63,164 bases of DNA from Candidatus Peribacteraceae bacterium (lineage in GTDB: Bacteria; Patescibacteriota; Gracilibacteria; Peribacterales; Peribacteraceae), in the NCBI GenBank assembly GCA_018062585.1, contig JAGORY010000001.1:1-63164 (forward strand), written 5' to 3'. The notes below the pieces were generated by a model. The model ran no database searches. It was not told the origin of the DNA and saw only the letters and a list, made by a program, of their open reading frames with translations. Each line of letters opens with the position of its first letter. The stretch's first letter is position 1. Position numbers and translations under genes: made by a program. This document shows, piece by piece, positions 8,185 through 17,528 of this stretch.

Positions 8185-10911
8185 ATGCGGTCTCAAAATG
8201 ATTATCGGCGTGGGGCTGGATCATCTGATGAGGAAGAAGAACAACAGTCTTCGTCAGAAATTGAGGTTGCGGATCAGGTGGGGCATTCTTTGATCCAGAA
8301 ATTTGCTGGTGCACTTGGTGTAAGAACAACCGATGGGACTCTGATAGATCAAGATCGTCGACGAGAAGTTGAACATCACAGGGAACCGGGCACCTATACG
8401 AGCTATATTGATGAGCTACGAAAAATCGAAGCACACACTGCTGTACCAGAGGTCGAGTTGTCTACGAAACGGGGTCTTATGATCGGAAAAGCGCATGGCG
8501 TTTTGATCGATCCTCAGAGCGACAAACTAGAAATGGTTCGAAAGCAAATGGGGCTCGATGAGCAACGAGAGGAATTATTATCTTTTTTGGAGAGCATGCT
8601 TGATCCTAAAGATGGATTTCTTTCTTTCAAGAGAGATACAGCATTACTGGGTACAGCCGTATCGTCCATGGGTGATGTGAAGCAAAAATTCCCAGAATTG
8701 ACAGTAGCCGAACTCAGTTGCTTGCCCTTGCTTACGCAAACGCCGAAGCATTATTTGCTCTATGGAGCCGAGGAAGATACTCGCAAAAGACTCAAGACTT
8801 TTTTTGAGGCAGGACGAATGGAAAATGACGATATCAATCCGTTTAAAGATCGCTATCTGGACGATCCGCGGAAACGAATTCCCCAAGTACTTGCACTCGG
8901 AGTCCATGGAATTTCCTATACGAGAGACACTCATCATTTTGTAGGCAAACACGATTTAGATTCTATGTCTGCCCCCGCAGGGTTATCGAACTTTTATTAT
9001 GACGTTGAGACGGTTCCCTACGAAAGACTCGCTCAAGAATCCATCGCACAGCTCATACCTCTCACGATTTCCAGCGGGAGGCTCTACGAACGTGTGTTTC
9101 TAGAAAGTACGGAATCATTATCCGTTGGAATGGGGAAAGTTTCAGCGTACGTTGGGAAGAAATTGGGGATATGGGATGAAAGCAGAAGCGTGGAAGACAA
9201 CGTATCTGACATACGAGGAGAACAGAGAAAAGTATTCAATGCAGAGCGTCGACGCACTCTACAACTCATTATGCGTCACCAGCTCTACGATCCTGTACGT
9301 ACAGTGTCTGTACAAGGCAAAGAAACTGTAAAGCTTATTGGCATCCTCGATGACATACCAGAGTGCCTCCTCAATGAATCAGGTTTTCAAGGATTCATTG
9401 TCCCTAGCGGTACGACCCTACAATTTTACGATCATGAAGGAACCCTCCTGAGCAGTACGAATTACAGTAGGCATTATTCCCGTCTCGCACTTCAGGGCAT
9501 GTACGAAGAATCCACTGACGACAAAAAAGAAAATCGCACGATGTTGGAACTGGCGCAGAGACTTATGAAGAAAGTGAATGAGCATGTATTACAGATGTTT
9601 CAATCTGATCCAAGCGCCGAATTGAGCACCATTGAAGAAATGATGGTGGACAGCTGGCTGCAGTTTTCCGTGATACTTGCGGCACTGCCAGAGCTTGACA
9701 TTAAGGATACATCTACAATGTCCGACGATCACCATCGTGTCGGACGTTATCATTTTGCTCAAACGACGATGAAGGTCGGCGCAAAAGAGTCTGCGCAATA
9801 TTACCAAACCTTGAAACTTTTAGGAAAGGAGTTGCTCACAGGTATACAGTTGCTGCAGAAACAACAGGCTTATAGCAATTCCCTTCGGAATATGACGAGG
9901 GGGCAGGTCACTGTCGGTGAGTATGAGATTGCAAAAAAGAAAGTTTCAATTTATGAGATTGAAGAGATTCAGTTTACAAATCTTACAGAAATATCTCAAG
10001 CAGAGCGAAGTATGACAATCCTGCATGAAGGTGGCGAGTCGGTCTGGGCACAACTGGACGCGGAAATACAAAATCGATGGCAAGCGATCAGTTGGCAGGA
10101 ACATAAACCAAAAGCGAAGAATAGACGGAGTAAACAACGTCATTTTCTTACATCGTATAGCCAACATGATGCCAAGGAAGATTTCTGTGAACATTTTGCT
10201 TGTTACATTCTGCATGGGCCGGAATTCCGTCACCAAGCAAAAGGAGAAGATTCTCGATCGATCCTCGCAAAAAAATATAGGTTTATCAGTGAAGTTATTT
10301 CGCTCTATACAGGACAAGAAAAAAGATATGGGAACGTCATTCCATGGTCCATCGAAGAGATCAATGGAGCAGTTCATCAGCAAGTACAGAGAATGTCTAT
10401 CGAGGAGGCACTTCGTAGTGAGCAGGAGGACCTGGAAATCAGCCAACTTGATAGCCAGGATGAACTAGACGAGATGGTGCAGAGCTTCGAGGACGTTGAT
10501 TTGGATAATGAAAATGAGGTGCGAGAAGAAGAAAATGAAGACACCTCACACGAAGAAGACGAAGCAACATCAGGGCAAAGAATCCCCGATGCTATCTCAG
10601 GGCCTCCGGCCAAAGACAATGAAGAATTGGCCGACCGTAAAAAAATTGGGCAGATGTTACATCGTGTAGAGCAATTGCTCATTGAAGCTCTTGGTGAGCG
10701 CAGATTGAGGCGAGATGAGCAGAGAGAATTTGATGTTCTGGTAGAAGACATCCATGGAATTATGTCAGATGCCAAAGGTACATTTGATGAGAAGGCTCAA
10801 GCAGACATTAAGGATGAACTCAAAAATCATCCAATTTTCTGCAAAAAAGTACAGAGAGTTCTTCACGCTTTAGAAGAAAACAATCCGTGGAATACGGAGA
10901 GCAGCGCATGA
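8185..10911 (+). CDS. 908-aa hypothetical protein, acidic N- and C-terminal regions, degenerate zincin-like motif
   Basis: A long uninterrupted ORF in a visibly AT-richer segment, with no signal peptide. ILHEGGESVW...AKEDFCEHFACYILHG resembles the HExxH...E(D)FAExF layout of some gluzincins, but the second His is Glu. Confidence 0.7.
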   Translation: MRSQNDYRRGAGSSDEEEEQQSSSEIEVADQVGHSLIQKFAGALGVRTTDGTLIDQDRRREVEHHREPGTYTSYIDELRKIEAHTAVPEVELSTKRGLMIGKAHGVLIDPQSDKLEMVRKQMGLDEQREELLSFLESMLDPKDGFLSFKRDTALLGTAVSSMGDVKQKFPELTVAELSCLPLLTQTPKHYLLYGAEEDTRKRLKTFFEAGRMENDDINPFKDRYLDDPRKRIPQVLALGVHGISYTRDTHHFVGKHDLDSMSAPAGLSNFYYDVETVPYERLAQESIAQLIPLTISSGRLYERVFLESTESLSVGMGKVSAYVGKKLGIWDESRSVEDNVSDIRGEQRKVFNAERRRTLQLIMRHQLYDPVRTVSVQGKETVKLIGILDDIPECLLNESGFQGFIVPSGTTLQFYDHEGTLLSSTNYSRHYSRLALQGMYEESTDDKKENRTMLELAQRLMKKVNEHVLQMFQSDPSAELSTIEEMMVDSWLQFSVILAALPELDIKDTSTMSDDHHRVGRYHFAQTTMKVGAKESAQYYQTLKLLGKELLTGIQLLQKQQAYSNSLRNMTRGQVTVGEYEIAKKKVSIYEIEEIQFTNLTEISQAERSMTILHEGGESVWAQLDAEIQNRWQAISWQEHKPKAKNRRSKQRHFLTSYSQHDAKEDFCEHFACYILHGPEFRHQAKGEDSRSILAKKYRFISEVISLYTGQEKRYGNVIPWSIEEINGAVHQQVQRMSIEEALRSEQEDLEISQLDSQDELDEMVQSFEDVDLDNENEVREEENEDTSHEEDEATSGQRIPDAISGPPAKDNEELADRKKIGQMLHRVEQLLIEALGERRLRRDEQREFDVLVEDIHGIMSDAKGTFDEKAQADIKDELKNHPIFCKKVQRVLHALEENNPWNTESSA

Positions 10912-10985
10912 AAAAGGAATGAGAACATCCACAATCCACCTCACCCGTTGCATCTCGAGCTTCCCGACGCTACCCTGTCGCAGAC

Positions 10986-13900
10986 ATGACGAAGGACATG
11001 ACCAGCGGCACTCCCGTGCCCCATCAGGGCGGGGAGGCCAGTTTCCCAAATTTGGACTGGCTCAAGGACGTGAAAACAATCCTCCTCCTTGGCTCAGGCG
11101 CGCTGAAAATCGGCGAAGCTGGTGAGTTTGATTACTCCGGTTCACAGGCCATCAAGGCATTCAAGGAAGAAGGCAAGCGCGTCGTGCTCATCAATCCGAA
11201 CATCGCGACCAACCAAACGAGCTGGGGACTTGCCGACCGGGTGTACTTCCTGCCGGTGAAGCCGGAGTTCGTGGAGAAAGTCATTGAGGCCGAAAAGCCT
11301 GAAGCGATCGCCTTGAGTTTCGGCGGACAAACGGCCTTGAACTGCGGCGTTGCGCTCGAAGATTCGGGTGTGCTGAAAAAATACGGTGTCCGCGTACTCG
11401 GCACCTCGGTCGACGCCATCAAGAAAACGGAGGACAGAGCACTCTTCAATGCCGAGCTCAATAGTATCGGTGTCTCAGTCCCCCGCTCCGTCGCCTGCGA
11501 ATCGCTCGAAACAGCCAAACAAGCGGTCACGACGATCGGCCTGCCGGTCATGATCCGCGCCGCATTTGCGCTCGGAGGCAAAGGCAGCGGCCGCGCGTCG
11601 ACGATGGAAAAAGCTGAAGAAATCCTGAAGGTCGCGTTTGTCGAATCACACCAAGTACTCGTAGAAGAGGACCTCACGGGCTGGAAAGAAATCGAGTACG
11701 AGGTGGTGCGCGACGCGTTCGATAACTGCATCACGGTCTGCAATATGGAGAATATTGATCCACTCGGCATCCACACCGGCGAATCCATCGTCGTCGCTCC
11801 GAGTCAGACGCTCGATAATGAGGATTATCAGATGCTTCGGACCATCGCGCTCAAAGTCATCCGGCACCTTGGGATCATCGGCGAATGCAATATCCAGTAC
11901 GCACTGCACCCGAAGAGTCGCACGTACCGCGTCATCGAAGTTAACGCTCGTCTCAGCCGCAGCTCGGCACTTGCCTCGAAGGCGACAGGTTACCCACTCG
12001 CGTTCGTCGCCGCCAAGCTCGCACTCGGCTACGCGCTACCGGAGATTAAGAATTCGATCACGCAAGTAACATGCGCCGACTTCGAACCGTCGCTGGACTA
12101 CGTCGCCGTGAAAGTGCCGCGGTGGGATCTTGCAAAATTTAACTTCGTCAGCACCGAAATCTCGACTGAAATGAAGTCAGTCGGCGAAGTCATGGCGCTC
12201 GGCCGCACGATGGAAGAAGCGCTTCAGAAAGCCATGCGCATGCTCAATAACGGATCACAAGGACTCTTTCCGGTGCCGTTTAAGTTCGTGAAGAAGAATC
12301 TCAAGAATGACATCAAGACTCCGTGTCCGCGTCGCATCTACGCCGTCGCCGAAGGACTGTGCGGTGACTTCAGCGTTGAGGAGATCAATATCATGACCGG
12401 CATCGACAAATGGTTTCTGGAGCGCATCAAGCGTTGCGCCGATCTGAAGCACGAACTTTTTCAAACTAAATCGACGGCACTGACGCCGGAGCTCCTGAGA
12501 CATTGCAAAGAGCGCGGATTTTCTGACAAAGGCATCGCGATGATCCGCGACGAAAAGCAGGAAGAAGTGACGAGCGCGAGACTGACGTTCGGTATCACGC
12601 CATTCGTGAAACAGATCGATACACTCGCCGGCGAATTCCCAGCAAAGACGAACTATATGTTCTTTACGTACAACGGGGCGGAGGCGGATGTGGTTTTTGA
12701 TATACATGATGAAGAAGGTAGCGGGGAGAAGGTAGCGGATAGAGACATTGTAACTACCCGCGACCCGCTACCCGCTACCCGCCAGCGCGTCATCGTCATC
12801 GGCGGCGGCCCGTACTCCATCGGTTCCTCGGTGGAATTCGACTGGTGCTGTGTGCAGGCGGTCAGGGAACTCATGAAACAGGGATACGAGGTCACGATGA
12901 TCAACAGTAATCCGGAAACTGTGTCCACGGACTACGACGAATGTGACCAGCTATTCTTCGACGAACTCACACTCGAACGTATGATGGACGTCATCAGACT
13001 TTTAAAACCGGTCGGTGTCGTCGTCTCGATGGGCGGACAGATCCCGAACTCGCTGGCGCTCAAGCTCGCCAAGGAAGGAGTTCCGATTCTCGGTACCGAT
13101 CCCGCCAACATCGATAAAGCCGAGGACCGCCACAAATTCGGCAAGCTGATGGACGAACTAAAAGTTGACCAGCCGGAGTGGAGAGAATTTGCCGATCTCG
13201 CATCTGCCAAGAATTTCGCCAAGACTGCGGGTTATCCAGTCATCGTGCGCCCCAGCTACGTGCTCTCGGGTGCGGCGATGACAGTGGTGATGAACGAGGA
13301 CGACCTCAAAGAATTCATCGAGGAAGCAACAAGCCTCAGTAAAGAAGCGCCGGTCGTCATCTCCAAATTTGAAACGAATGCCAAAGAAATCGACTTCGAT
13401 GGGGTCGCCCAAAACGGCAAGCTTCTTCTATACGCCATCAGCGAACACGTCGAGAACGCGGGTGTGCACTCGGGTGATGCGACGATCGTCCTGCCGCCGC
13501 AGCGCGTGAACATCGAGACGTTCCGGAAGATCAAAGCCATCGCCAAGAAAATTGCGCAAGGCCTACAGATCTCGGGGCCATTCAACATTCAGTTCCTCGC
13601 CAAAAATAACCGTCTCAAAGTGATCGAATGCAATCTCCGTGCCAGCCGCAGCTTCCCGTTTGCGAGCAAGGTAACGGGCGTGAACTTCGCCGAACTCGCA
13701 ACCCAAGCGCTTCTCAAGCGCGCTCCCGAGAACGTGCGGTACCAGACGATGGACTTGGATCACGTCGGTGTAAAAGCGGCGCAGTTCAGCTTCTCACGTC
13801 TCAAAGGTGCGGACCCGAGGCTCGGCGTCGAGATGGCATCCACCGGAGAAGTAGCTTGTTTCGGCCATAGTATGGAACAGGCACTCATGCTGTCCCTCAA

Positions 13901-14342
13901 AGCCATCGGTTTCGTGACGCCACGCAAGAACGTGCTCCTCACAATCGGAAAATTGGAAGACAAGATCGATCTCCTACCCGCGATCGAAGCGCTCAAGAAT
14001 CTTGGCTTCGCGTTCTTCGCAACCGGACGTACGCATGAATTTCTGGCATCGAGAAATATTCCGAGTGCGCTGCTGCATAAAATCTCGGAGCCACGGAGTC
14101 CAAACATCAAAGAGTATCTCGAGAGCAAACGCATCGACCTCGTCATCAATATTCCGCAACACAGTTCGTCCGCCGAAAAGACCGACGGTTACTTCATCCG
14201 CCGAATCGCAACCGACAGAGGCATCCCACTCATCACGAACGTACAGCTTGCAAAGCGCATCGTGGAAGCGCTGGAACTGGAGAAAGAATGCGACGACTCC
14301 CCGCTCATTCCGTGGCCGGATCTCTTGGTGCACAAATCCTGA
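10986..14342 (+). CDS. carB: carbamoyl-phosphate synthase large subunit
   Basis: 1118 aa with two ATP-grasp halves (GSGALKIGEAGEFDYSGSQA and GGGPYSIGSSVEFDWCCVQA) and an MGS-like C-terminus. Confidence 0.95.
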   Translation: MTKDMTSGTPVPHQGGEASFPNLDWLKDVKTILLLGSGALKIGEAGEFDYSGSQAIKAFKEEGKRVVLINPNIATNQTSWGLADRVYFLPVKPEFVEKVIEAEKPEAIALSFGGQTALNCGVALEDSGVLKKYGVRVLGTSVDAIKKTEDRALFNAELNSIGVSVPRSVACESLETAKQAVTTIGLPVMIRAAFALGGKGSGRASTMEKAEEILKVAFVESHQVLVEEDLTGWKEIEYEVVRDAFDNCITVCNMENIDPLGIHTGESIVVAPSQTLDNEDYQMLRTIALKVIRHLGIIGECNIQYALHPKSRTYRVIEVNARLSRSSALASKATGYPLAFVAAKLALGYALPEIKNSITQVTCADFEPSLDYVAVKVPRWDLAKFNFVSTEISTEMKSVGEVMALGRTMEEALQKAMRMLNNGSQGLFPVPFKFVKKNLKNDIKTPCPRRIYAVAEGLCGDFSVEEINIMTGIDKWFLERIKRCADLKHELFQTKSTALTPELLRHCKERGFSDKGIAMIRDEKQEEVTSARLTFGITPFVKQIDTLAGEFPAKTNYMFFTYNGAEADVVFDIHDEEGSGEKVADRDIVTTRDPLPATRQRVIVIGGGPYSIGSSVEFDWCCVQAVRELMKQGYEVTMINSNPETVSTDYDECDQLFFDELTLERMMDVIRLLKPVGVVVSMGGQIPNSLALKLAKEGVPILGTDPANIDKAEDRHKFGKLMDELKVDQPEWREFADLASAKNFAKTAGYPVIVRPSYVLSGAAMTVVMNEDDLKEFIEEATSLSKEAPVVISKFETNAKEIDFDGVAQNGKLLLYAISEHVENAGVHSGDATIVLPPQRVNIETFRKIKAIAKKIAQGLQISGPFNIQFLAKNNRLKVIECNLRASRSFPFASKVTGVNFAELATQALLKRAPENVRYQTMDLDHVGVKAAQFSFSRLKGADPRLGVEMASTGEVACFGHSMEQALMLSLKAIGFVTPRKNVLLTIGKLEDKIDLLPAIEALKNLGFAFFATGRTHEFLASRNIPSALLHKISEPRSPNIKEYLESKRIDLVINIPQHSSSAEKTDGYFIRRIATDRGIPLITNVQLAKRIVEALELEKECDDSPLIPWPDLLVHKS
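12717..12782 (+). repeat. heptamer-periodic palindromic element inserted in frame within carB (copy 2)
   Basis: Sequence: ggtagcggggagaaggtagcggatag ... ctacccgcgacccgctacccgctacccgc. It spans 66 nt (22 codons) and is translated as GSGEKVADRDIVTTRDPLPATR. Confidence 0.8.
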
Positions 14343-14350
14343 CTATACCC

Positions 14351-14387
14351 TCACCGTAGACTGGGACGCCGCGTCCCAGCTGCGGGA
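14351..14387 (+). repeat. REP-like hairpin repeat, copy 1 (tcaccGTAGactgggacgccgcgtcccagctgcggga)
   Basis: The 37 nt are identical to 15201-15237. A GTAG precedes the CTGGGACGC/GCGTCCCAG palindrome. Confidence 0.85.
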
Positions 14388-14484
14388 AGAAGTGAAAGCC
14401 GAAGTCGAGAGTAAGGCGAGGAGCGGAAACAGACCGAAACGAACTTGCGAAGGCCCGCTATATCCCTTACCATGCCTCAGCTTT

Positions 14485-14700
14485 ATGGCTGTCCACGCAA
14501 TCAAAAGAGGCGATGAATCCAATGAGAGGCTCCAGAGCCGCTTTAAAAAGCAGTTTCAGGAGTCCCGAGTTCTGAAGGTGCGTCGTGATCGCAAGACACA
14601 CAAGCGCCGCGTCACCCGCCGTCTCCAGCGCATCCGTGCCCTCAAGCGCGAAGGTTTCCGCGCAGCCAACGTGAAGAACCAGTTCTACTCCAACATGTAA
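14485..14700 (+). CDS. rpsU: 30S ribosomal protein S21
   Basis: 71 aa: MAVHAIKRGDESNERLQSRFKKQFQESRVLKVRRDRKTHKRRVTRRLQR..., a basic S21-like pattern. It is the C-terminal part of ORF 14002..14700, whose upstream part overlaps carB. Confidence 0.7.
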   Translation: MAVHAIKRGDESNERLQSRFKKQFQESRVLKVRRDRKTHKRRVTRRLQRIRALKREGFRAANVKNQFYSNM

Positions 14701-14709
14701 GACAGAGTG

Positions 14710-14727
14710 AGACCGAGGGTCTTTTTT
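14710..14727 (+). terminator. intrinsic terminator after rpsU
   Basis: Stem AGACC-gag-GGTCT followed by TTTTT. Confidence 0.5.
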
Positions 14728-14752
14728 GTCGTGTTCCTGTTACGATCTTCCT

Positions 14753-15184
14753 ATGATCCAGCGCGAAAGAGCCCGAAGCGGCGGCGTCATGTTCGTCACC
14801 ATGAACACATGGCACAGGAGACAGGTGTTCATTCATCCGAATTTCGCGACGAAGGCGATCGACTATGTGTATGCGCTCCAGAAGAAGCACGGTTTTCTGA
14901 TCCACGGTTTCGTCGTGATGCCCGATCACATCCATCTGCTTCTCACGATCAAAGCACCCTATACGATCGACGCTTTCACGCATGATTATCGCACAGGCTT
15001 AAGCTTCGAACTCGGCACCGGCGCGTTCTTCGAGGAGTACGTCGATCTCCGGATGCCGGAGAAACCGACGATGAAACTTGAGTACATGCACGACAAACCG
15101 TTCAAAGCGGCGCTCTGCGATAATCCCAAGAACTATCCGTGGTCGTCCGCTACAGGAAAGTGGAAGGTGACACCGATCGAATAA
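14753..15184 (+). CDS. REP-associated tyrosine transposase (RAYT; IS200/IS605 Y1 HUH family)
   Basis: HUH motif in VVMPDHIHLLL. The Tyr motif and tail LEYMHDKPFKAALCDNPKNYPWSS resemble the RAYT Y(I/V)HxNP...YPWSS signature. The ORF-track start at 14726 is TTG; the first ATG is at 14753. Confidence 0.8.
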   Translation: MIQRERARSGGVMFVTMNTWHRRQVFIHPNFATKAIDYVYALQKKHGFLIHGFVVMPDHIHLLLTIKAPYTIDAFTHDYRTGLSFELGTGAFFEEYVDLRMPEKPTMKLEYMHDKPFKAALCDNPKNYPWSSATGKWKVTPIE

Positions 15185-15200
15185 AAAGCTGCGAACACCA

Positions 15201-15237
15201 TCACCGTAGACTGGGACGCCGCGTCCCAGCTGCGGGA
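15201..15237 (+). repeat. REP-like hairpin repeat, copy 2
   Basis: Identical 37-mer to 14351-14387, located 17 nt after the RAYT stop. Confidence 0.85.
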
Positions 15238-15238
15238 G

Positions 15239-15820
15239 TTATGAATATACTGAGAATCCCGCCTTTTTGAGCAACTCTCCCAGAATGTACACCGGAAGTC
15301 CGACGATGCCGGGGTAATCCCCTTCGATATGGGAGATCATGAGCTGACCCGGTCCGTCGATTTGGAACGCACCCGAACGTCCGCGCCACAGGTCGGTACT
15401 GATCCACCAGTCGAGGTCTTTCGGTGACAGTTTCTTAAATCTCACCGACGACGTCGACATTCCTTCGTGAACACCGCCTTTGGCATCCACGATGCAGAGC
15501 GCGGAGTGAACCTGAGATATCGCGCCGCTTTGTGCTTCCAACATGCGCCTTGCGTCATCTGAGTCCTTCGGCTTCTCGAGGAGTTCACCCGCGTACGACA
15601 CCACAAGCGTATCGCAGCCGATGACGATGGCACCGTTATTCTTGGAAGCGATGTCCTCAGCCTTCAGTCGTGCAAGAATCATCGCGCGTTCAACCGGACT
15701 CTTTTCAGGATGACCGTCTTCATCGACAGAGCTTGGGATGACTTCGAACGTGACGCCCAAATCTTCAAGCAGAGTTTTTCGCTGTGGACTGGCCGAGGCG
15801 AGGATGAGACGGGGATGCAT
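15239..15820 (-). CDS. maf: Maf family nucleoside triphosphate pyrophosphatase
   Basis: 193 aa with motifs LILASASPQRKTLLEDLG, IGCDTLV and GAFQIDG. Confidence 0.85.
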   Translation of the reverse strand: MHPRLILASASPQRKTLLEDLGVTFEVIPSSVDEDGHPEKSPVERAMILARLKAEDIASKNNGAIVIGCDTLVVSYAGELLEKPKDSDDARRMLEAQSGAISQVHSALCIVDAKGGVHEGMSTSSVRFKKLSPKDLDWWISTDLWRGRSGAFQIDGPGQLMISHIEGDYPGIVGLPVYILGELLKKAGFSVYS

Positions 15821-15824
15821 GAAA

Positions 15825-15887
15825 GCGGGTAGAAGATAGAAGGTAGCGGGTAGAAGATCTATATACTATCCGCTACCCGCTACTCGC
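15825..15887. repeat. heptamer-periodic palindromic element, copy 3
   Basis: Sequence: gcgggtag aagatag aaggtag cgggtag ... ctatccg ctacccg ctactcg. It fills the spacer between the S41 protease stop (15892) and the maf start (15820). Confidence 0.8.
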
Positions 15888-15891
15888 TTGA

Positions 15892-17517
15892 TTACCGGAG
15901 AATGTCGAGCGCCCTGCGGAGCTGCTCATCACGATCCGCAGACTCGATGACGATGTCCGGCACGACGCCGACTTTATCGATGTGACGACCGAGCGGTGTC
16001 AGCCATTCCGCTATCGTGAGTTTTAAGGCCTCGCCGGAACGGAATCCGATGACTTCCTGCACTGTGCCTTTGCCGAACGTCGTAGCACCGACGATAGTGG
16101 CGCGCTTCAGGTCTTGGAGAGCTCCAGCTACGATCTCCGAGGCACTCGCTGAACCCTTATTTACGAGGACGACGACCTTCGTGGACGGGCTGATGGTAGG
16201 TTCATCCTGCGTCTTCTCGAGCGATGTCTCGGAGCGACTCACCACCTGTGCGACGACACTGCCGCGCGGAATGAAGTTACTCATGACGACGTCCGCTGCA
16301 TTGAGAAGTCCTCCTCCATTGTTACGGAGATCAAGGACGATGCCCTGCGGATTCTTCTCTGCGATTTTCTGGAACTCGCCACGGATCGTACGCTCGGTCT
16401 TCTCGCCGAATTGCACGAGCTGGACGACGGCGATGTTGCCGTGCCACGTGATCGTGATCTCGGGGATCGTCACGACATCGCGAACGACGGTGACGGTCAT
16501 CTCGGTTCCATTGCGACGAAGCTTGAGGAGGACGGACGTTCCGCGCTCGCCACGGATGTACGACACCGCTTTTTCGATGCCAAGTCCTTGGAGCACAACG
16601 CCGCCTGCTTCGAGGATTTCATCACCGGCCTGAATGCCGGCTCTCTCCGCAGGTGAACCCGGAAGCGGTGTGACGACCGTGACGATGCCTGCTTTGTCTT
16701 CCACATGTGCACCGATGCCAGTGACTTCACCTTTGATCTGCGACTGGAAATCAGTAGCACCCGCCGGACGGAAGAACGTGCTGTAGGGATCATTGAGTGA
16801 ATTCACGAGACCTTCGATGGCCTTGTACGACGATTCATTGTTGTCGAGCTTGTCGGCGTGGATGTAATCGCGCTTGATGAGGTGCCACACAGCATCCATC
16901 AGCTCCTGATTCGGGAGCGTGCCTCCACCCGATACCGTCACGGGGATCGTTATAGTCGTCTTCACTGGCATCTGTCCCGCGACGGCCTGCAGGACGGACA
17001 AAGCCTCGATACCCGTGAGCTGCTGAGAAAGACCGAAGTGGGACGCACTCTGTGGCACCATCCATTTCAGTGTCAGCGCGTTTCTCGCAGCCTGCTCTTC
17101 GCTCTCTGTCTTCAGATCTCTGAACGCTGAGATATCACCCTGTTCCTGTTTGTCAGTCAGTGCCGTCAGTACCTCCAAAGCCTCGCCGCGAGTGATCGGA
17201 CGATTGAGCGGATACTGCTTGGCGGTCCCGAAGACTGCGAGCGCGCCCTGTGTCTGTGCGGCACACAGCGTCTGCTTCATGCCCCGCGGTACACGGATAT
17301 ACGGCAGGCGGCACGTTCCGTTCTCCTTCTGGAGATCAAGCGCTGCAAATGACCACGAGAGAAAGTTCGCGCGCGTCACCGTTTTTGCAGACGTATCCAC
17401 GAGACCAACGACCGGCCTCGCAAAGGCGAAGGACGGTGCGAGGAGAAAAAGAACAGCAGATGCGGAAATGAGTCGGCGACGAAAAACCATACGCATTGGG
17501 GGTGAATGTTGCGTCAT
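15892..17517 (-). CDS. S41 family C-terminal processing peptidase with SLH-like N-terminal modules and PDZ domain
   Basis: Motifs: LDLRNNGGGLL, VLVNKGSASASEIVAGALQD, TFGKGTVQ. The ORF-track start at 17532 is GTG; ATG candidates are at 17517, 17496 and 17490. Confidence 0.85.
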   Translation of the reverse strand: MTQHSPPMRMVFRRRLISASAVLFLLAPSFAFARPVVGLVDTSAKTVTRANFLSWSFAALDLQKENGTCRLPYIRVPRGMKQTLCAAQTQGALAVFGTAKQYPLNRPITRGEALEVLTALTDKQEQGDISAFRDLKTESEEQAARNALTLKWMVPQSASHFGLSQQLTGIEALSVLQAVAGQMPVKTTITIPVTVSGGGTLPNQELMDAVWHLIKRDYIHADKLDNNESSYKAIEGLVNSLNDPYSTFFRPAGATDFQSQIKGEVTGIGAHVEDKAGIVTVVTPLPGSPAERAGIQAGDEILEAGGVVLQGLGIEKAVSYIRGERGTSVLLKLRRNGTEMTVTVVRDVVTIPEITITWHGNIAVVQLVQFGEKTERTIRGEFQKIAEKNPQGIVLDLRNNGGGLLNAADVVMSNFIPRGSVVAQVVSRSETSLEKTQDEPTISPSTKVVVLVNKGSASASEIVAGALQDLKRATIVGATTFGKGTVQEVIGFRSGEALKLTIAEWLTPLGRHIDKVGVVPDIVIESADRDEQLRRALDILR

Positions 17518-17528
17518 GGTACCCCTGT

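Noticed and set aside
14002-14484. Upstream 161 codons of ORF 14002..14700
   Set aside because: They overlap the 3' end of carB in another frame. Only the last 71 codons look like ribosomal protein S21.
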